Shown: positions 10,177 through 19,753 of the stretch, in pieces
How the letters are laid out: the number at the start of each line of letters is the position of its first letter
Position numbering within the stretch: position 1 is the first letter of the stretch
Assembly (NCBI GenBank): GCA_021203665.1
Contig: JAJQAT010000027.1
Span: 1-35,398, forward strand
Direction: 5' to 3'
Length of the DNA: 35,398 nucleotides
From: Bacillota bacterium
Lineage (GTDB): Bacteria > Bacillota > Clostridia > UBA1381
Program-made: the position numbers and the translations under genes
The notes under the pieces: generated by a model
The model's database searches: none
Told to the model about the DNA's origin: nothing
The model's input: the letters and a program-made list of their open reading frames with translations, nothing else

Positions 10177-10242
10177 TGTCGAAATATTTTTTTTATTCGA
10201 CAACCGACTTTGACATTTTTCGCATATTATTAGGAGTATAAT
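10177..10242 (+). promoter_or_regulatory. Spo0A-dependent sigmaA promoter of spoIIG with 0A boxes
   Basis: TGTCGAA at 10177-10183; reverse TTCGACA at 10196-10202; near-match TTTGACA at 10209-10215 overlapping -35 TTGACA (10210-10215); TATAAT at 10237-10242; 21-bp spacer. Confidence 0.85.
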
Positions 10243-10261
10243 ACCTTTTAGAGGTGAGGTT

Positions 10262-11095
10262 ATGGTTGTATATGCCGATGTTATATTTGCCGTGAATTTT
10301 GTATCGGCATATATTATGCTGTACATTATAGGCAAAGCGGTCAATAAGGTCAAGATTAGGAAAAAGCGGATTGCCGCGGCGGCATTTGAGGGCGGCGCAT
10401 CGGCGGCGGTTATATTCTGCGCGGAAATATCGGCGGCAGCGGCGTATATACTGCGGGCGGTATCGGTGCTTTTGATGGTGTTTACGGCGTTTTTTGAGCT
10501 TAGAAAGCAGATACTGCGCCAGTTCGTCTATTTCACGCTTATCGGCGGAATAATGATGTTTTCGATGATTTTGCTGTCGTCCGCCGCCGGAGCCACCGCC
10601 GCGCTGAAGGGCGGAATTATGTATTTTGACCTGCCGGCAAAAACCTTTACACTGCTGTTCGCGGCATCATATTTATTAATGATTTTTTTCGTAAGGGTGT
10701 TTAAAAACAGGAAAAACAAAAAATACTATATTATGAATGTGACACATAACGACAAAACAATAACCGTTTCGGCATTGTTTGACAGCGGAAACCTGCTAAA
10801 GGAGCCGGTAACGGGTAAATGCGTGAGTATTATTGAATGGAAAGAGGCAAAAAAGCTGTTCGGAGTTGATTATGAATTTTCCGATATAGAAAATCATGCC
10901 GATGATATGAAGCTGTGGGTAATACCGTTTAATTCCATAGGAAATCCGACCGGTATATTGTTCGCGTTTCTCGCCGACAATGTTGCGATTCCGGAGGAAA
11001 ATAAAACGATTGACAAGACCTTTATAGGAATTTACGGGAGCAGTCTCTCAAAAAGCGACGAGTATCATGCGCTCATAAACGCGGCTTTATTGTAA
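10262..11095 (+). CDS. spoIIGA: Pro-sigmaE processing aspartic protease SpoIIGA
   Basis: N-terminal VYADVIFAVNF, about five hydrophobic segments, catalytic FDSGNLLKEP, IPFNSIG; immediately upstream of sigE. Confidence 0.92.
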   Translation: MVVYADVIFAVNFVSAYIMLYIIGKAVNKVKIRKKRIAAAAFEGGASAAVIFCAEISAAAAYILRAVSVLLMVFTAFFELRKQILRQFVYFTLIGGIMMFSMILLSSAAGATAALKGGIMYFDLPAKTFTLLFAASYLLMIFFVRVFKNRKNKKYYIMNVTHNDKTITVSALFDSGNLLKEPVTGKCVSIIEWKEAKKLFGVDYEFSDIENHADDMKLWVIPFNSIGNPTGILFAFLADNVAIPEENKTIDKTFIGIYGSSLSKSDEYHALINAALL

Positions 11096-11110
11096 AAATA
11101 AAAAAGGAGT

Positions 11111-11830
11111 ATGGAAATGGAGCTATTAAGAAAAATCAGTTCAAAATTTATGTTTGCCGGTACAAATCCGCTGAAATGCGATGAAATTTTCTATATCGGA
11201 GGGAGCGACACTCTTCCGCCGCCGCTGAAAAAGGAGGAGGAGGCGGAGCTGATAGAAAGGCTCGCGTCGGGTGATATGTCGGTCAAATCAACGCTTATAG
11301 AACGCAATTTGCGCCTTGTTGTATATATTGCGCGAAAATTTGAAAACACGGGAATATATGTCGAGGATTTAATATCAATCGGCACGATAGGATTAATTAA
11401 AGCGATAAACACATTCAATCCGACGAAAAATATAAAGCTCGCGACATACGCGTCGCGCTGCATTGAAAATGAAATATTGATGTACCTCAGGAAAAACTCC
11501 AATACCCGCAGCGAGGTATCCATAGACGAGCCTTTGAATGTCGATTGGGACGGGAATGAGCTGCTGCTTTCCGATATACTCGGAACCGATAACGATGTAA
11601 TCTGCAAAAACATAGAGGACGAGGTTGACAAGTCACTGCTGGCACAGGCGCTTGAAAAGCTGTCCGGCAGGGAACAGCAGATAATGAAGCTGCGCTTCGG
11701 ACTCGGCAGCGAAAAGGAAAAAACGCAAAAGGAGGTTGCCGATTTGCTCGGAATTTCGCAATCCTACATATCCAGACTTGAAAAACGAATAATCGGCAGA
11801 CTGAAAAAGGAAATAGCAAAAATGAGCTGA
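11111..11830 (+). CDS. sigE: Sporulation sigma factor SigE (pro-form)
   Basis: Pro-sequence then [76 protein letters not shown]. Start may be 11117. Confidence 0.96.
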   Translation: MEMELLRKISSKFMFAGTNPLKCDEIFYIGGSDTLPPPLKKEEEAELIERLASGDMSVKSTLIERNLRLVVYIARKFENTGIYVEDLISIGTIGLIKAINTFNPTKNIKLATYASRCIENEILMYLRKNSNTRSEVSIDEPLNVDWDGNELLLSDILGTDNDVICKNIEDEVDKSLLAQALEKLSGREQQIMKLRFGLGSEKEKTQKEVADLLGISQSYISRLEKRIIGRLKKEIAKMS

Positions 11831-11900
11831 CTACATAAAACGCGTCATATCTTGTACATAACCGCCGCGCGCGGCGGCTTAAATCAAGGAGGAAAGAGAT

Positions 11901-12671
11901 ATGACAAACAAAGTGGAAATATGTGGGGTAAATACATCGAAGCTTCCTGTCCTCTCGAGAGAGGAAAAAGACAAATTGTTCATAAAAATCAAAGCGGGAG
12001 ATATGCAGGCGCGCGAAACCTTTGTAAAAGGAAATTTAAGGCTTGTGCTGAGCGTTATACAGAGGTTTAACAACCGAGGAGAAAATGTTGACGACCTGTT
12101 CCAGGTCGGGTGCATAGGACTTATAAAGGCGATAGATAATTTTGATTTAAGTCAAAACGTGCAGTTTTCGACATACGCGGTGCCTATGATTGTCGGAGAA
12201 ATACGCAGGTATCTGCGCGACAACAATTCAATCAGGGTGAGCCGCTCGCTGAAGGATATAGCGTATAAGGCGATGCACATAAAGGAAAAGCTGATAAGCA
12301 TGAATTCCAAGGAGCCGACAATATCGGAAATAGCAAAGGAGCTTAATTTGCCAAAGGAGGAGGTTGTATTCGCGCTTGACGCGATAGCGGAGCCGATTTC
12401 TCTGTTCGAGCCGATATATCACGACGGCGGCGAGGCGATTTTCGTAATGGACCAGGTAAAGGACACGAAAAACCTTGACGAAAATTGGCTCGAGAGCATC
12501 GCGCTCAGCGAGGCGATGAAGCACCTTGACGAAAGGGAAAAGCATATACTGAATTTAAGATTTTTCCAAAGCCGCACGCAAATGGAGGTCGCGGAGGAAA
12601 TAGGCATATCTCAGGCGCAGGTTTCAAGATTGGAAAAAAGCGCGCTGAAGCAGCTTAGGAAATATGTGTAA
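11901..12671 (+). CDS. sigG: Sporulation sigma factor SigG
   Basis: NKVEICGVNTSKLP, DDLFQVGCIGL, FSTYAVPMIVGEIRRYLRD, TQMEVAEEIGISQAQVSRLEK; RBS AAGGAGG. Confidence 0.97.
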   Translation: MTNKVEICGVNTSKLPVLSREEKDKLFIKIKAGDMQARETFVKGNLRLVLSVIQRFNNRGENVDDLFQVGCIGLIKAIDNFDLSQNVQFSTYAVPMIVGEIRRYLRDNNSIRVSRSLKDIAYKAMHIKEKLISMNSKEPTISEIAKELNLPKEEVVFALDAIAEPISLFEPIYHDGGEAIFVMDQVKDTKNLDENWLESIALSEAMKHLDEREKHILNLRFFQSRTQMEVAEEIGISQAQVSRLEKSALKQLRKYV

Positions 12672-12701
12672 GACAAACTCCCTATTAAATTAATTATGAT
12701 A

Positions 12702-12736
12702 AAATCCGAAATGACGCGTTTCGGATTTATTTCTTT
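12702..12736 (+). terminator. Intrinsic terminator after sigG
   Basis: AAATCCGAAA-TGACGCG-TTTCGGATTT followed by ATTTCTTT. Confidence 0.7.
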
Positions 12737-12788
12737 AAACAAACGATAAAATTTTATCAATAACGTCAAAAAAATTGCTAATCCGCTC

Positions 12789-12817
12789 TTGCATTTATGA
12801 CAATTTTCATGTATAAT
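12789..12817 (+). promoter_or_regulatory. Putative sigmaA promoter of the CdaR-family gene
   Basis: TTGCAT, 17 bp, TATAAT (12812-12817). Confidence 0.65.
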
Positions 12818-12871
12818 AAACATATATGGGCATATTGGTGTATTTATATTGAGGAAATCGGAGGAATGAAA

Positions 12872-13957
12872 ATGATAAGCAAGGCTTTTCAGAATATTGT
12901 AACGCAAATGGCGGATGTTTTCCCGAAAAGATTCGGCATTGTGGACTCGCACGGCTTAATATTGGCAAGCACGGGCGCCGAGCCGAACACGGATGTGATT
13001 GAGGATTTGGTATACGCGGCGGCAAACAGCGACAAGCTGCTGTTTAAGGACGGATATACCGTGCGCTCCATGTCAAACAAGCCGTATTCGGAGTACATTG
13101 TATATGTCGACGGCACGGACGAGACATCGAAGTACTGCTGCAACGCGCTTGTTGTTGCCGCGAACAATGTCCGTTATTATTATGATGAAAAATACGACAA
13201 AAACAACTTTATGCAAAATATCATTTTCGACAATCTTTTATCGTTCGACCTTCATCAAAAAGCGAGGGAGCTTCACGTTGATATAGACATACCGCGCGCG
13301 GTGTTTTATATAAAGGTTCTCGACGAGGGCGAAAACGAAATTTACGATGTTTTAAGGAATATGTTCCCCGACAAAGAAAAAGATTTCCTTATTAATATAG
13401 ACTCCGCCAATATCGTTTTGATTAAGGAGCTTAAGGAGGTAGAAACCTCGGAAAAGCTTGAGGAAACGGCTCAGCAGATTGTTGATACGGTAAGCGCGGA
13501 AACGATGCTTACAATATGCGTCGGAGTAAGCACGGTGGCGCATAATATAGACGAGATTAACAACGCCTATAAAGAGGCGCAAATCGCGCTTGAGGTCGGC
13601 AAGGTATTCGATGAGGAAAAATATATTCTCAATTACGATAACCTCGGCATCGGCAGATTGATTTATCAGCTGCCCATTAAGCTGTGCGAGCTGTTTCTCC
13701 AGGAGGTATTCAAAAAGGGGGATATATCAACCCTGGACGATGAAACAATTCTCACAATTAACAAATTCTTTGAAAACGACCTAAACGTAAGCGAAACATC
13801 AAGACAGCTTTTTGTTCACAGAAACACGCTTGTATACAGACTTGAAAAGATTTATAAGCTTACCGGTCTCGATCTCAGAAAATTCGATCAGGCGATTGTG
13901 TTTAAGGTTGCTATGATGGTTCATAAATATCTCGAATCAAACTCTATGAAGATATGA
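12872..13957 (+). CDS. CdaR/PucR-family transcriptional regulator
   Basis: C-terminal HTH FFENDLNVSETSRQLFVHRNTLVYRLEKI...TGLDLR; middle region GVS...AYKEAQIAL, LGIGRL. Start placed at ATG 12872 after GGAGG (ORF track 12797). Confidence 0.9.
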   Translation: MISKAFQNIVTQMADVFPKRFGIVDSHGLILASTGAEPNTDVIEDLVYAAANSDKLLFKDGYTVRSMSNKPYSEYIVYVDGTDETSKYCCNALVVAANNVRYYYDEKYDKNNFMQNIIFDNLLSFDLHQKARELHVDIDIPRAVFYIKVLDEGENEIYDVLRNMFPDKEKDFLINIDSANIVLIKELKEVETSEKLEETAQQIVDTVSAETMLTICVGVSTVAHNIDEINNAYKEAQIALEVGKVFDEEKYILNYDNLGIGRLIYQLPIKLCELFLQEVFKKGDISTLDDETILTINKFFENDLNVSETSRQLFVHRNTLVYRLEKIYKLTGLDLRKFDQAIVFKVAMMVHKYLESNSMKI

Positions 13958-13969
13958 GAACAGACTTTG

Positions 13970-13997
13970 GGGGGTTAAAAGCCCCCTATATTTTTTT
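13970..13997 (+). terminator. Possible intrinsic terminator
   Basis: GGGGGTT-AA-AAGCCCCC then TATATTTTTTT. Confidence 0.5.
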
Positions 13998-14012
13998 GAA
14001 GGAGAAATTTGT

Positions 14013-15227
14013 ATGGGAAATAAAAAGACAATAGCTCTGACCGCCGTGATTACGGCTGTCGTAACGGCGGCTGTAAGCTGCTCCGTAACGTCGTATGTAA
14101 AGGACACCGCCTCTGTATTTTTGCCGTCGGCGAATGATGACGCGGCTTTTTACAATAAGATAAAGGGCATTGAGCAAATTCTTGACAGCAGCTATTTGTA
14201 CGATTACGATAAAAACGAGCTGCGCGAGGCTGCCGCCGCCGCTTATGTAAGCGCGCTTGACGAGCCATATACAAGCTATTATTCCGCGGATGAATTTACG
14301 TCGTATATTGAAAATATTCAGGACGGGTACGTTGGAATAGGCGTCATTGTCGGCGTGAACGACGATAACCAAATAGAGGTGGTCGCGCCGTTTGAGGGCA
14401 GTCCGGCTTACGACGCGGGAGTGCTGCCCGGGGATATTTTAAAGGCTGTTGACGGCGTGGAATATGACGGCGACAGCATGAGCGACGCCGTGAACAGCAT
14501 AAAGAACGGCAAGGAGGGAACAAGCGTCAATATAACATTGATTCGCGGCGAAGAGGAGCTGAATATTGACATTGAGAGAGGCGACATATCCTCCGACTCC
14601 GTAAACGCGGAAATGCTTGAGGACGATATAGGCTATATCAGAATAACCTCGTTTAATATGGAGTCCGAAAACGGCGAGCACAGCACGTATTCGGAGTTTA
14701 GCGAAAAATTCTACGAGCTTAAGGACGAGGGTATGACAAGGCTTATAATCGACCTGCGCGACAATCCCGGCGGCGTGCTTTCAGAGGTGTGCGATATAGC
14801 CGATATGCTGCTTCCCGAGGGAACGATAACCTACACGGAGGATAAAAACGGCGAGAGGGAATATTACAGCTCCGACGCGGAGTGCGAGGATATACCGATA
14901 GTTATATTAATCAACGGAAACAGCGCAAGCGCGTCCGAGGTACTCACCGGAGCATTAAAGGATTACGGCAGGGCGACCGTTATCGGAACCACAAGCTACG
15001 GCAAGGGAATAGTGCAAAAGGTATACACCTTCTATGACGGCTCCGGAATAAGCTTCACAACGTCAAAATACTACACGCCGAACGGCATCTGCATACACGA
15101 GGTGGGCATAGAGCCGGATATTACGGTGGAAATGCCCGAGGAATTTGAAAATATGTATGCCTCGATGATAGATTACGAGGACGATGTACAGCTGCAAAAG
15201 GCGGTTGAGGTCATAAAGGAGAAGTAG
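14013..15227 (+). CDS. S41A C-terminal processing protease (CtpA/CtpB-like) with PDZ domain
   Basis: N-terminal hydrophobic anchor, LDEPYTSY, GIGV...GSPAYDAGVLPGD (PDZ), IIDLRDNPGG, SASASE (Ser), YGKG (Lys). Confidence 0.93.
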   Translation: MGNKKTIALTAVITAVVTAAVSCSVTSYVKDTASVFLPSANDDAAFYNKIKGIEQILDSSYLYDYDKNELREAAAAAYVSALDEPYTSYYSADEFTSYIENIQDGYVGIGVIVGVNDDNQIEVVAPFEGSPAYDAGVLPGDILKAVDGVEYDGDSMSDAVNSIKNGKEGTSVNITLIRGEEELNIDIERGDISSDSVNAEMLEDDIGYIRITSFNMESENGEHSTYSEFSEKFYELKDEGMTRLIIDLRDNPGGVLSEVCDIADMLLPEGTITYTEDKNGEREYYSSDAECEDIPIVILINGNSASASEVLTGALKDYGRATVIGTTSYGKGIVQKVYTFYDGSGISFTTSKYYTPNGICIHEVGIEPDITVEMPEEFENMYASMIDYEDDVQLQKAVEVIKEK

Positions 15228-15231
15228 ATAA

Positions 15232-17187
15232 ATGGTGTCATTAAAAAAGTGGCCGTGGATAGTGTTCGGTTCGGTGCTGTCGATGGTTTTATGGACGTTT
15301 ATAAGCGTCAACACAAGCATATTCACAGACAGCGACGGCTTTAATTATTTCCTGTATATCACGTCGTATATATTGGTAATAGGCATATGGGGATTGACTG
15401 TTGTCGATTTAAAAATATCCGATAAGCTGTATAAGGCGATTTCCGTTTTTTTGTTCGCTCTTACGCCGTTTTTCTGTATGCAGATTGCTATGGTGCTTTC
15501 CGGCGCGGCGGAATATTCGTTTAAAATATATTTTGTGAATATACTGTTCTATCTCGCGGTAATGGCGGTTATTCTCGCCGTGACGCGGAGTATGCGTTAC
15601 TCGGCGATTATCGCGACGATTTTGGCGTATATATTCAACATGGCGAGCTTTGTGGTAAATATTTTGCGCGGCACGCCGCTTATACCGAGCGATTTCCTTG
15701 CAATAGGAACAGCGGCGAACGTGGCGGAAAATTATACCTTTGAGATGCGCTACCCCATTATCGCGGCGACGGTTATCGCGGCTGTGGTGATTGCGCTTAT
15801 CGCTAAGTTTTCGTTCACGCCCAAATTCAGATTTAAGAACACCGTTTTTGCGGTAAGCGGCGCGGCTTACGCGGTTATATTCATGCTTTGCCTCGCGAGC
15901 ATTGATTATACGGATTACGGCACGGATGTTTTCGACCAGTATCACGCGAACAATATGCACGGAACACTGTACAGCTTCTATATAAATGTGCGTAAAATGA
16001 TGCTGAGCAAGCCGGACGGGTATAACGAGGAGGACGCGGCGCAGCTCCTTGCGGCGGCGCAGCCCGACAAAACCGAGCAAACCGAGCTTATCGCCGAGGA
16101 GGATATGCCGAATATCATAGTAATCATGAACGAGAGCTTTTCGGATTTAAGCGTTGTGGGAGATTTCGAAACGAGTGAGGACTATATGCCCTTTATAAAC
16201 AGTATGACAAAGAACACCGTTAAGGGACAGCTTTTGGTATCGCCGTTCGGAGGATATACCTGCAACACCGAATTTGAATTTCTCACCGGACTTTCGATGG
16301 GATTGCTGCCGAACGGCTCCACGCCGTATTTGCAGTATTTTTCAAAGGAGTATGATTTTTCGCTCCCGTATTACCTGTCGAATTTGGGATATAAAACGCT
16401 CGCGATTCACCCGTATTTGGCGAGCGGCTGGAACAGAACCAAGGTATACGACCTGATGGGCTTCGACGATTTTATAAGTCTTGAAAATCTTGACGAGCTG
16501 GTCGATGAAAGCGAATGGGAATATATACGCAATTATATAAGCGACAGAACCTCATATAAGGCGGTCATAAGCGGACTTGAGGACAAGGACGACGATGACA
16601 GGATGTTTATTTTCAACGTCACGATGCAAAATCACGGCGGATACACCTATGAGGGCGGCGAGTTCCCGACGGTCACCCTTACGGATATGGAGGGACATTA
16701 CAAGGAAACGGAGCAATATTTGTCGCTTATAAAGGAGAGCGACGAGGCGTTTGAGGAGCTGATAACATATCTTAAAAGCTATGACGAGCCGACTGTTGTG
16801 GTAATGTTCGGCGACCATCAGCCGGCGATAGAGCAGCAGTTTTACGAGGAGCTGTACGGTCAGTCGATTTCAAACCTCACATCGGAGGAGCTGCAAAAAA
16901 GGTATAAGGTGCCGTTTGTAATATGGGCAAATTTCGATATAGAAAGCCGCTCGGATGTTAAAACAAGTCCGAATTATCTCTCGGACCTGCTTCTCGATAC
17001 AATAAATATGCCGAAGAACGAGCTGGGTAATTTCACATCCCAAATCAGCGAGTCGATACCGCAGATAAACGCGATGGGTCATTATGACAGCGAGGGAATT
17101 TGGTATACAAACGATACCGAAACCAACGAGGAATTGGAAAACTATGATTTTGTGGAGTATTATATGCTCACCAAAAAAGGAAAATAA
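15232..17187 (+). CDS. LTA synthase (LtaS)-family phosphoglycerol transferase
   Basis: Multi-TM N-terminus, PNIIVIMNESF, GGYTCNTEFE (catalytic Thr), TMQNHG, FGDHQP. Confidence 0.9.
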   Translation: MVSLKKWPWIVFGSVLSMVLWTFISVNTSIFTDSDGFNYFLYITSYILVIGIWGLTVVDLKISDKLYKAISVFLFALTPFFCMQIAMVLSGAAEYSFKIYFVNILFYLAVMAVILAVTRSMRYSAIIATILAYIFNMASFVVNILRGTPLIPSDFLAIGTAANVAENYTFEMRYPIIAATVIAAVVIALIAKFSFTPKFRFKNTVFAVSGAAYAVIFMLCLASIDYTDYGTDVFDQYHANNMHGTLYSFYINVRKMMLSKPDGYNEEDAAQLLAAAQPDKTEQTELIAEEDMPNIIVIMNESFSDLSVVGDFETSEDYMPFINSMTKNTVKGQLLVSPFGGYTCNTEFEFLTGLSMGLLPNGSTPYLQYFSKEYDFSLPYYLSNLGYKTLAIHPYLASGWNRTKVYDLMGFDDFISLENLDELVDESEWEYIRNYISDRTSYKAVISGLEDKDDDDRMFIFNVTMQNHGGYTYEGGEFPTVTLTDMEGHYKETEQYLSLIKESDEAFEELITYLKSYDEPTVVVMFGDHQPAIEQQFYEELYGQSISNLTSEELQKRYKVPFVIWANFDIESRSDVKTSPNYLSDLLLDTINMPKNELGNFTSQISESIPQINAMGHYDSEGIWYTNDTETNEELENYDFVEYYMLTKKGK

Positions 17188-17192
17188 ACGAA

Positions 17193-17225
17193 TAAGCGTC
17201 CGCGGTTGAGAGCGGACGCTTTTTG
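17193..17225. terminator. Bidirectional terminator between convergent genes
   Basis: AAGCGTCCGC-GGTTGAGA-GCGGACGCTT with T tail on + and a weaker tail on -. Confidence 0.8.
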
Positions 17226-17234
17226 TATTTACGG

Positions 17235-18101
17235 TTAATTCAATATTTCCCCGAAAAAATCCTCGGTCGATATATCGCTCGGACGGTTATAGCGCTTGAG
17301 CAGAAACAGAGAATCGCCGTCGCGGGAAATATTGTTTATGCCCTCGCTGCATATGAAGCTGACGCGGAAACCCATTTCCTTTAAAATATCGGTTGTTTCC
17401 TCACTGTACGCGCCGAATGGGTACGCGTATATTACCGGCGAAAACCCCGTTTTGGTTAAGAATCGGTCCTGAGCCCTTTTGGTGTCCTCATAAAATATTT
17501 CCTTGTATTCCTCAAGGCTTTCGCTTTTGTTCCTTTTTGAGCCGTTTCTGCCGTTGGCGTTGGAGTGGAAGTCATACGAATGATTTCCTATTTCAATGCG
17601 GCTGCTTAAAATCATATCGTACACATCGCTCCAACGCAGATAGCCGTAGGTCATATTCGCTATATTGCTTTCCGAATACTCGTCCGTATAGCTGCCGACC
17701 ACGGATATAACAGCCTTCGCGCCGCATTTTTCAAGTATAGGCTTAACATATCCCAAATTGTTGTAAAACCCGTCGTCAAACGTGAGCATAACGGGTTTAT
17801 CGGGTAATTCCCCGTCATTGTCGGTAAAGTCGATAAGCTCCGCCGCCGAAACAAAGGTATACCCGTTTTCGCGCAAATATTTTATATCGCTTTCCAGGGC
17901 TTCCGGCGTGATTACGTATTTGCCGGATAAATCCGTGTCCCTCAGCACACTGTGATACATTATTATCGGCAGCGAAACGCTGTCTCCGGCGGAGGACATC
18001 GCGGAGGTATAAGGCGAATGGGATAAAAGCATAGCCAAAATGCCGCTGTAAAGCGCCGACACAAAAATCGCCGCCGCAAAGATTTTTAATTTATTAACCA
18101 T
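17235..18101 (-). CDS. Membrane-anchored polysaccharide deacetylase (CE4, IcaB/YxkH-like)
   Basis: N-terminal TM, LPIIMYH, LPDKPVMLTFDDGF, GNHSYDFH, YAYPFG. Start moved to ATG 18101 after AAGGGGTG. Confidence 0.88.
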   Translation of the reverse strand: MVNKLKIFAAAIFVSALYSGILAMLLSHSPYTSAMSSAGDSVSLPIIMYHSVLRDTDLSGKYVITPEALESDIKYLRENGYTFVSAAELIDFTDNDGELPDKPVMLTFDDGFYNNLGYVKPILEKCGAKAVISVVGSYTDEYSESNIANMTYGYLRWSDVYDMILSSRIEIGNHSYDFHSNANGRNGSKRNKSESLEEYKEIFYEDTKRAQDRFLTKTGFSPVIYAYPFGAYSEETTDILKEMGFRVSFICSEGINNISRDGDSLFLLKRYNRPSDISTEDFFGEILN

Positions 18102-18102
18102 A

Positions 18103-18135
18103 AAAACACCCCTTATCAAATATTATGATAAGGGG
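18103..18135 (-). terminator. fba terminator overlapping the deacetylase RBS and a possible sigmaE -10
   Basis: Minus strand CCCCTTATCA-TAATATT-TGATAAGGGG-TGTTTTT-ATG; perfect 10-bp stem. Confidence 0.7.
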
Positions 18136-18153
18136 CGATTTTTAATTACAAAA

Positions 18154-19017
18154 TTATGCCTTGTCTATCGAGCCGAAAAGCTCCATTTTTTCCTTTACGA
18201 TAACCTTTATTGCCTCGGTGCCGGGAGCGAGCAGCTTTCTCGGGTCAAAGCCCTTGCCTTGAAGGTCCTTGCCCTCCTCGATGTATTTTCTCGTAGCCTC
18301 CTGGAAATACAGCTGACACTCCGTGTTTACGTTGATTTTAGCAACTCCGAGGGATATGGCGGTTTGAATCATATCCGCCGGAATACCCGTGCCGCCGTGA
18401 AGAACAAGCGGTAGGTCGCCGATAAGCTCCTTTGTTTTGGCAAGCGCGTCAAAGTCAAGACCTTTCCAGTTCGCGGGATATTTGCCGTGGATATTGCCTA
18501 TGCCCGCGGCAAGGAAATCAACGCCCAAGTCGGCGATTTTTTTACATTCCTCGGGGTCGGCAATCTCACCCGCGCCGACAACGCCGTCCTCTTCGCCGCC
18601 GATTGAGCCTACCTCAGCCTCTATGGATATGCCCTTCTCGTGGCAAACCTTTACAAGCTCCGAGGTTTTTGCTATGTTTTCCTCAATGGGGAAGTGGGAG
18701 CCGTCGAACATTACCGACGAGAAACCGGCTTCGATGCACTTATAGCAGCCCTCGTATGTTCCGTGGTCAAGGTGAAGAGCCACGGGAACCGTGATATTAA
18801 GCTCCTCCATCATAGCCTTAACCATCGCGGCAACGGTCTTAAATCCCGTCATGTATTTGCCCGCGCCCTCGGATACTCCGAGTATTACCGGCGAATTGTT
18901 CTCCTGCGCCGTTTGAAGTATTGCCTTTGTCCATTCCAAGTTGTAGATGTTAAACTGACCTACGGCGTATTTGCCCGCCACAGCCTTGTTTAACATTTCT
19001 GTTGCTGAAACTAACAT
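18154..19017 (-). CDS. fba: Class II fructose-1,6-bisphosphate aldolase
   Basis: VALHLDHG, GFSSVMFDGSH, EAEVGSIGGEED, GIGNIHG, PLVLHGGTG, KINVNTE, FDPRK. Confidence 0.96.
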   Translation of the reverse strand: MLVSATEMLNKAVAGKYAVGQFNIYNLEWTKAILQTAQENNSPVILGVSEGAGKYMTGFKTVAAMVKAMMEELNITVPVALHLDHGTYEGCYKCIEAGFSSVMFDGSHFPIEENIAKTSELVKVCHEKGISIEAEVGSIGGEEDGVVGAGEIADPEECKKIADLGVDFLAAGIGNIHGKYPANWKGLDFDALAKTKELIGDLPLVLHGGTGIPADMIQTAISLGVAKINVNTECQLYFQEATRKYIEEGKDLQGKGFDPRKLLAPGTEAIKVIVKEKMELFGSIDKA

Positions 19018-19059
19018 TTAAATTTCCTCCTTAAAATTAATAAATATATATAAATAAAT

Positions 19060-19674
19060 TTATTTTCCATTTCCTATTATTATCGCGCGCGCGTTGAGCA
19101 GACCTATAAGATTTTCCTCCGACGGCTCTATTACCCTTGACCGTCTGCATCTCGCGCAGGTAATAACGATATTTCCGTTTACGATATTAAATTCCGCGTC
19201 GGAGCTTCCGCACACGCATGAGATTTTGTGATTGTCCTTGAGGTGGTGAAGCCTTTCGATTATGGCGTACATAAGGTCGAACGGCGGGTCGTCGTCATCG
19301 TCGAAATCATCCATCACGTCGGAATACACGTCCGAGTTTTCGTCAAGAGTTTTCTCGACCTCTCTGCGCTCGCCGGCGAAAAATATATCTATGCCCGCGA
19401 CCGGACATTTGTATGTGATTAACGGCTTGTTCCAAAAATTTTCCTTCGATATTGAATACGTGTGAGTTTCGCCGCAAAGCGGACATTCAATATCAAGCTT
19501 GTATTTTGAGCCCTTTTGAGTGATATACACACAGGTTTCGTGGCAGCCGTGAGTGGGGCATATAAGCTGAACCTTTTCCGAACCCGAAAAGTTAAATATC
19601 GATAAAGCCTTTGAGGATATATTCGAGCAGAACGGACATATATACGCTACAATTCTTTTCAAATCAACCAACAT
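19060..19674 (-). CDS. Cys-rich multi-zinc-ribbon hypothetical protein
   Basis: CPFC, CPTHGC, CPLC, CPVA, CVCG and CARC motifs with an acidic linker; RBS GGGAG; co-oriented with fba. Confidence 0.75.
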   Translation of the reverse strand: MLVDLKRIVAYICPFCSNISSKALSIFNFSGSEKVQLICPTHGCHETCVYITQKGSKYKLDIECPLCGETHTYSISKENFWNKPLITYKCPVAGIDIFFAGERREVEKTLDENSDVYSDVMDDFDDDDDPPFDLMYAIIERLHHLKDNHKISCVCGSSDAEFNIVNGNIVITCARCRRSRVIEPSEENLIGLLNARAIIIGNGK

Positions 19675-19753
19675 TATGCTCCCTGCCTTTCAGCCCACAA
19701 TATTTAACGAATCATATCTGTGGGCGGATAATGATTTTGTAAGCCGCGCGGCA

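Noticed and set aside
14013-14090. Lipobox (AVSC) in the S41 protease
   Set aside because: Poor match to L-[AS]-[AG]-C; an uncleaved anchor or ordinary signal peptide is equally plausible, so it is left uncalled.
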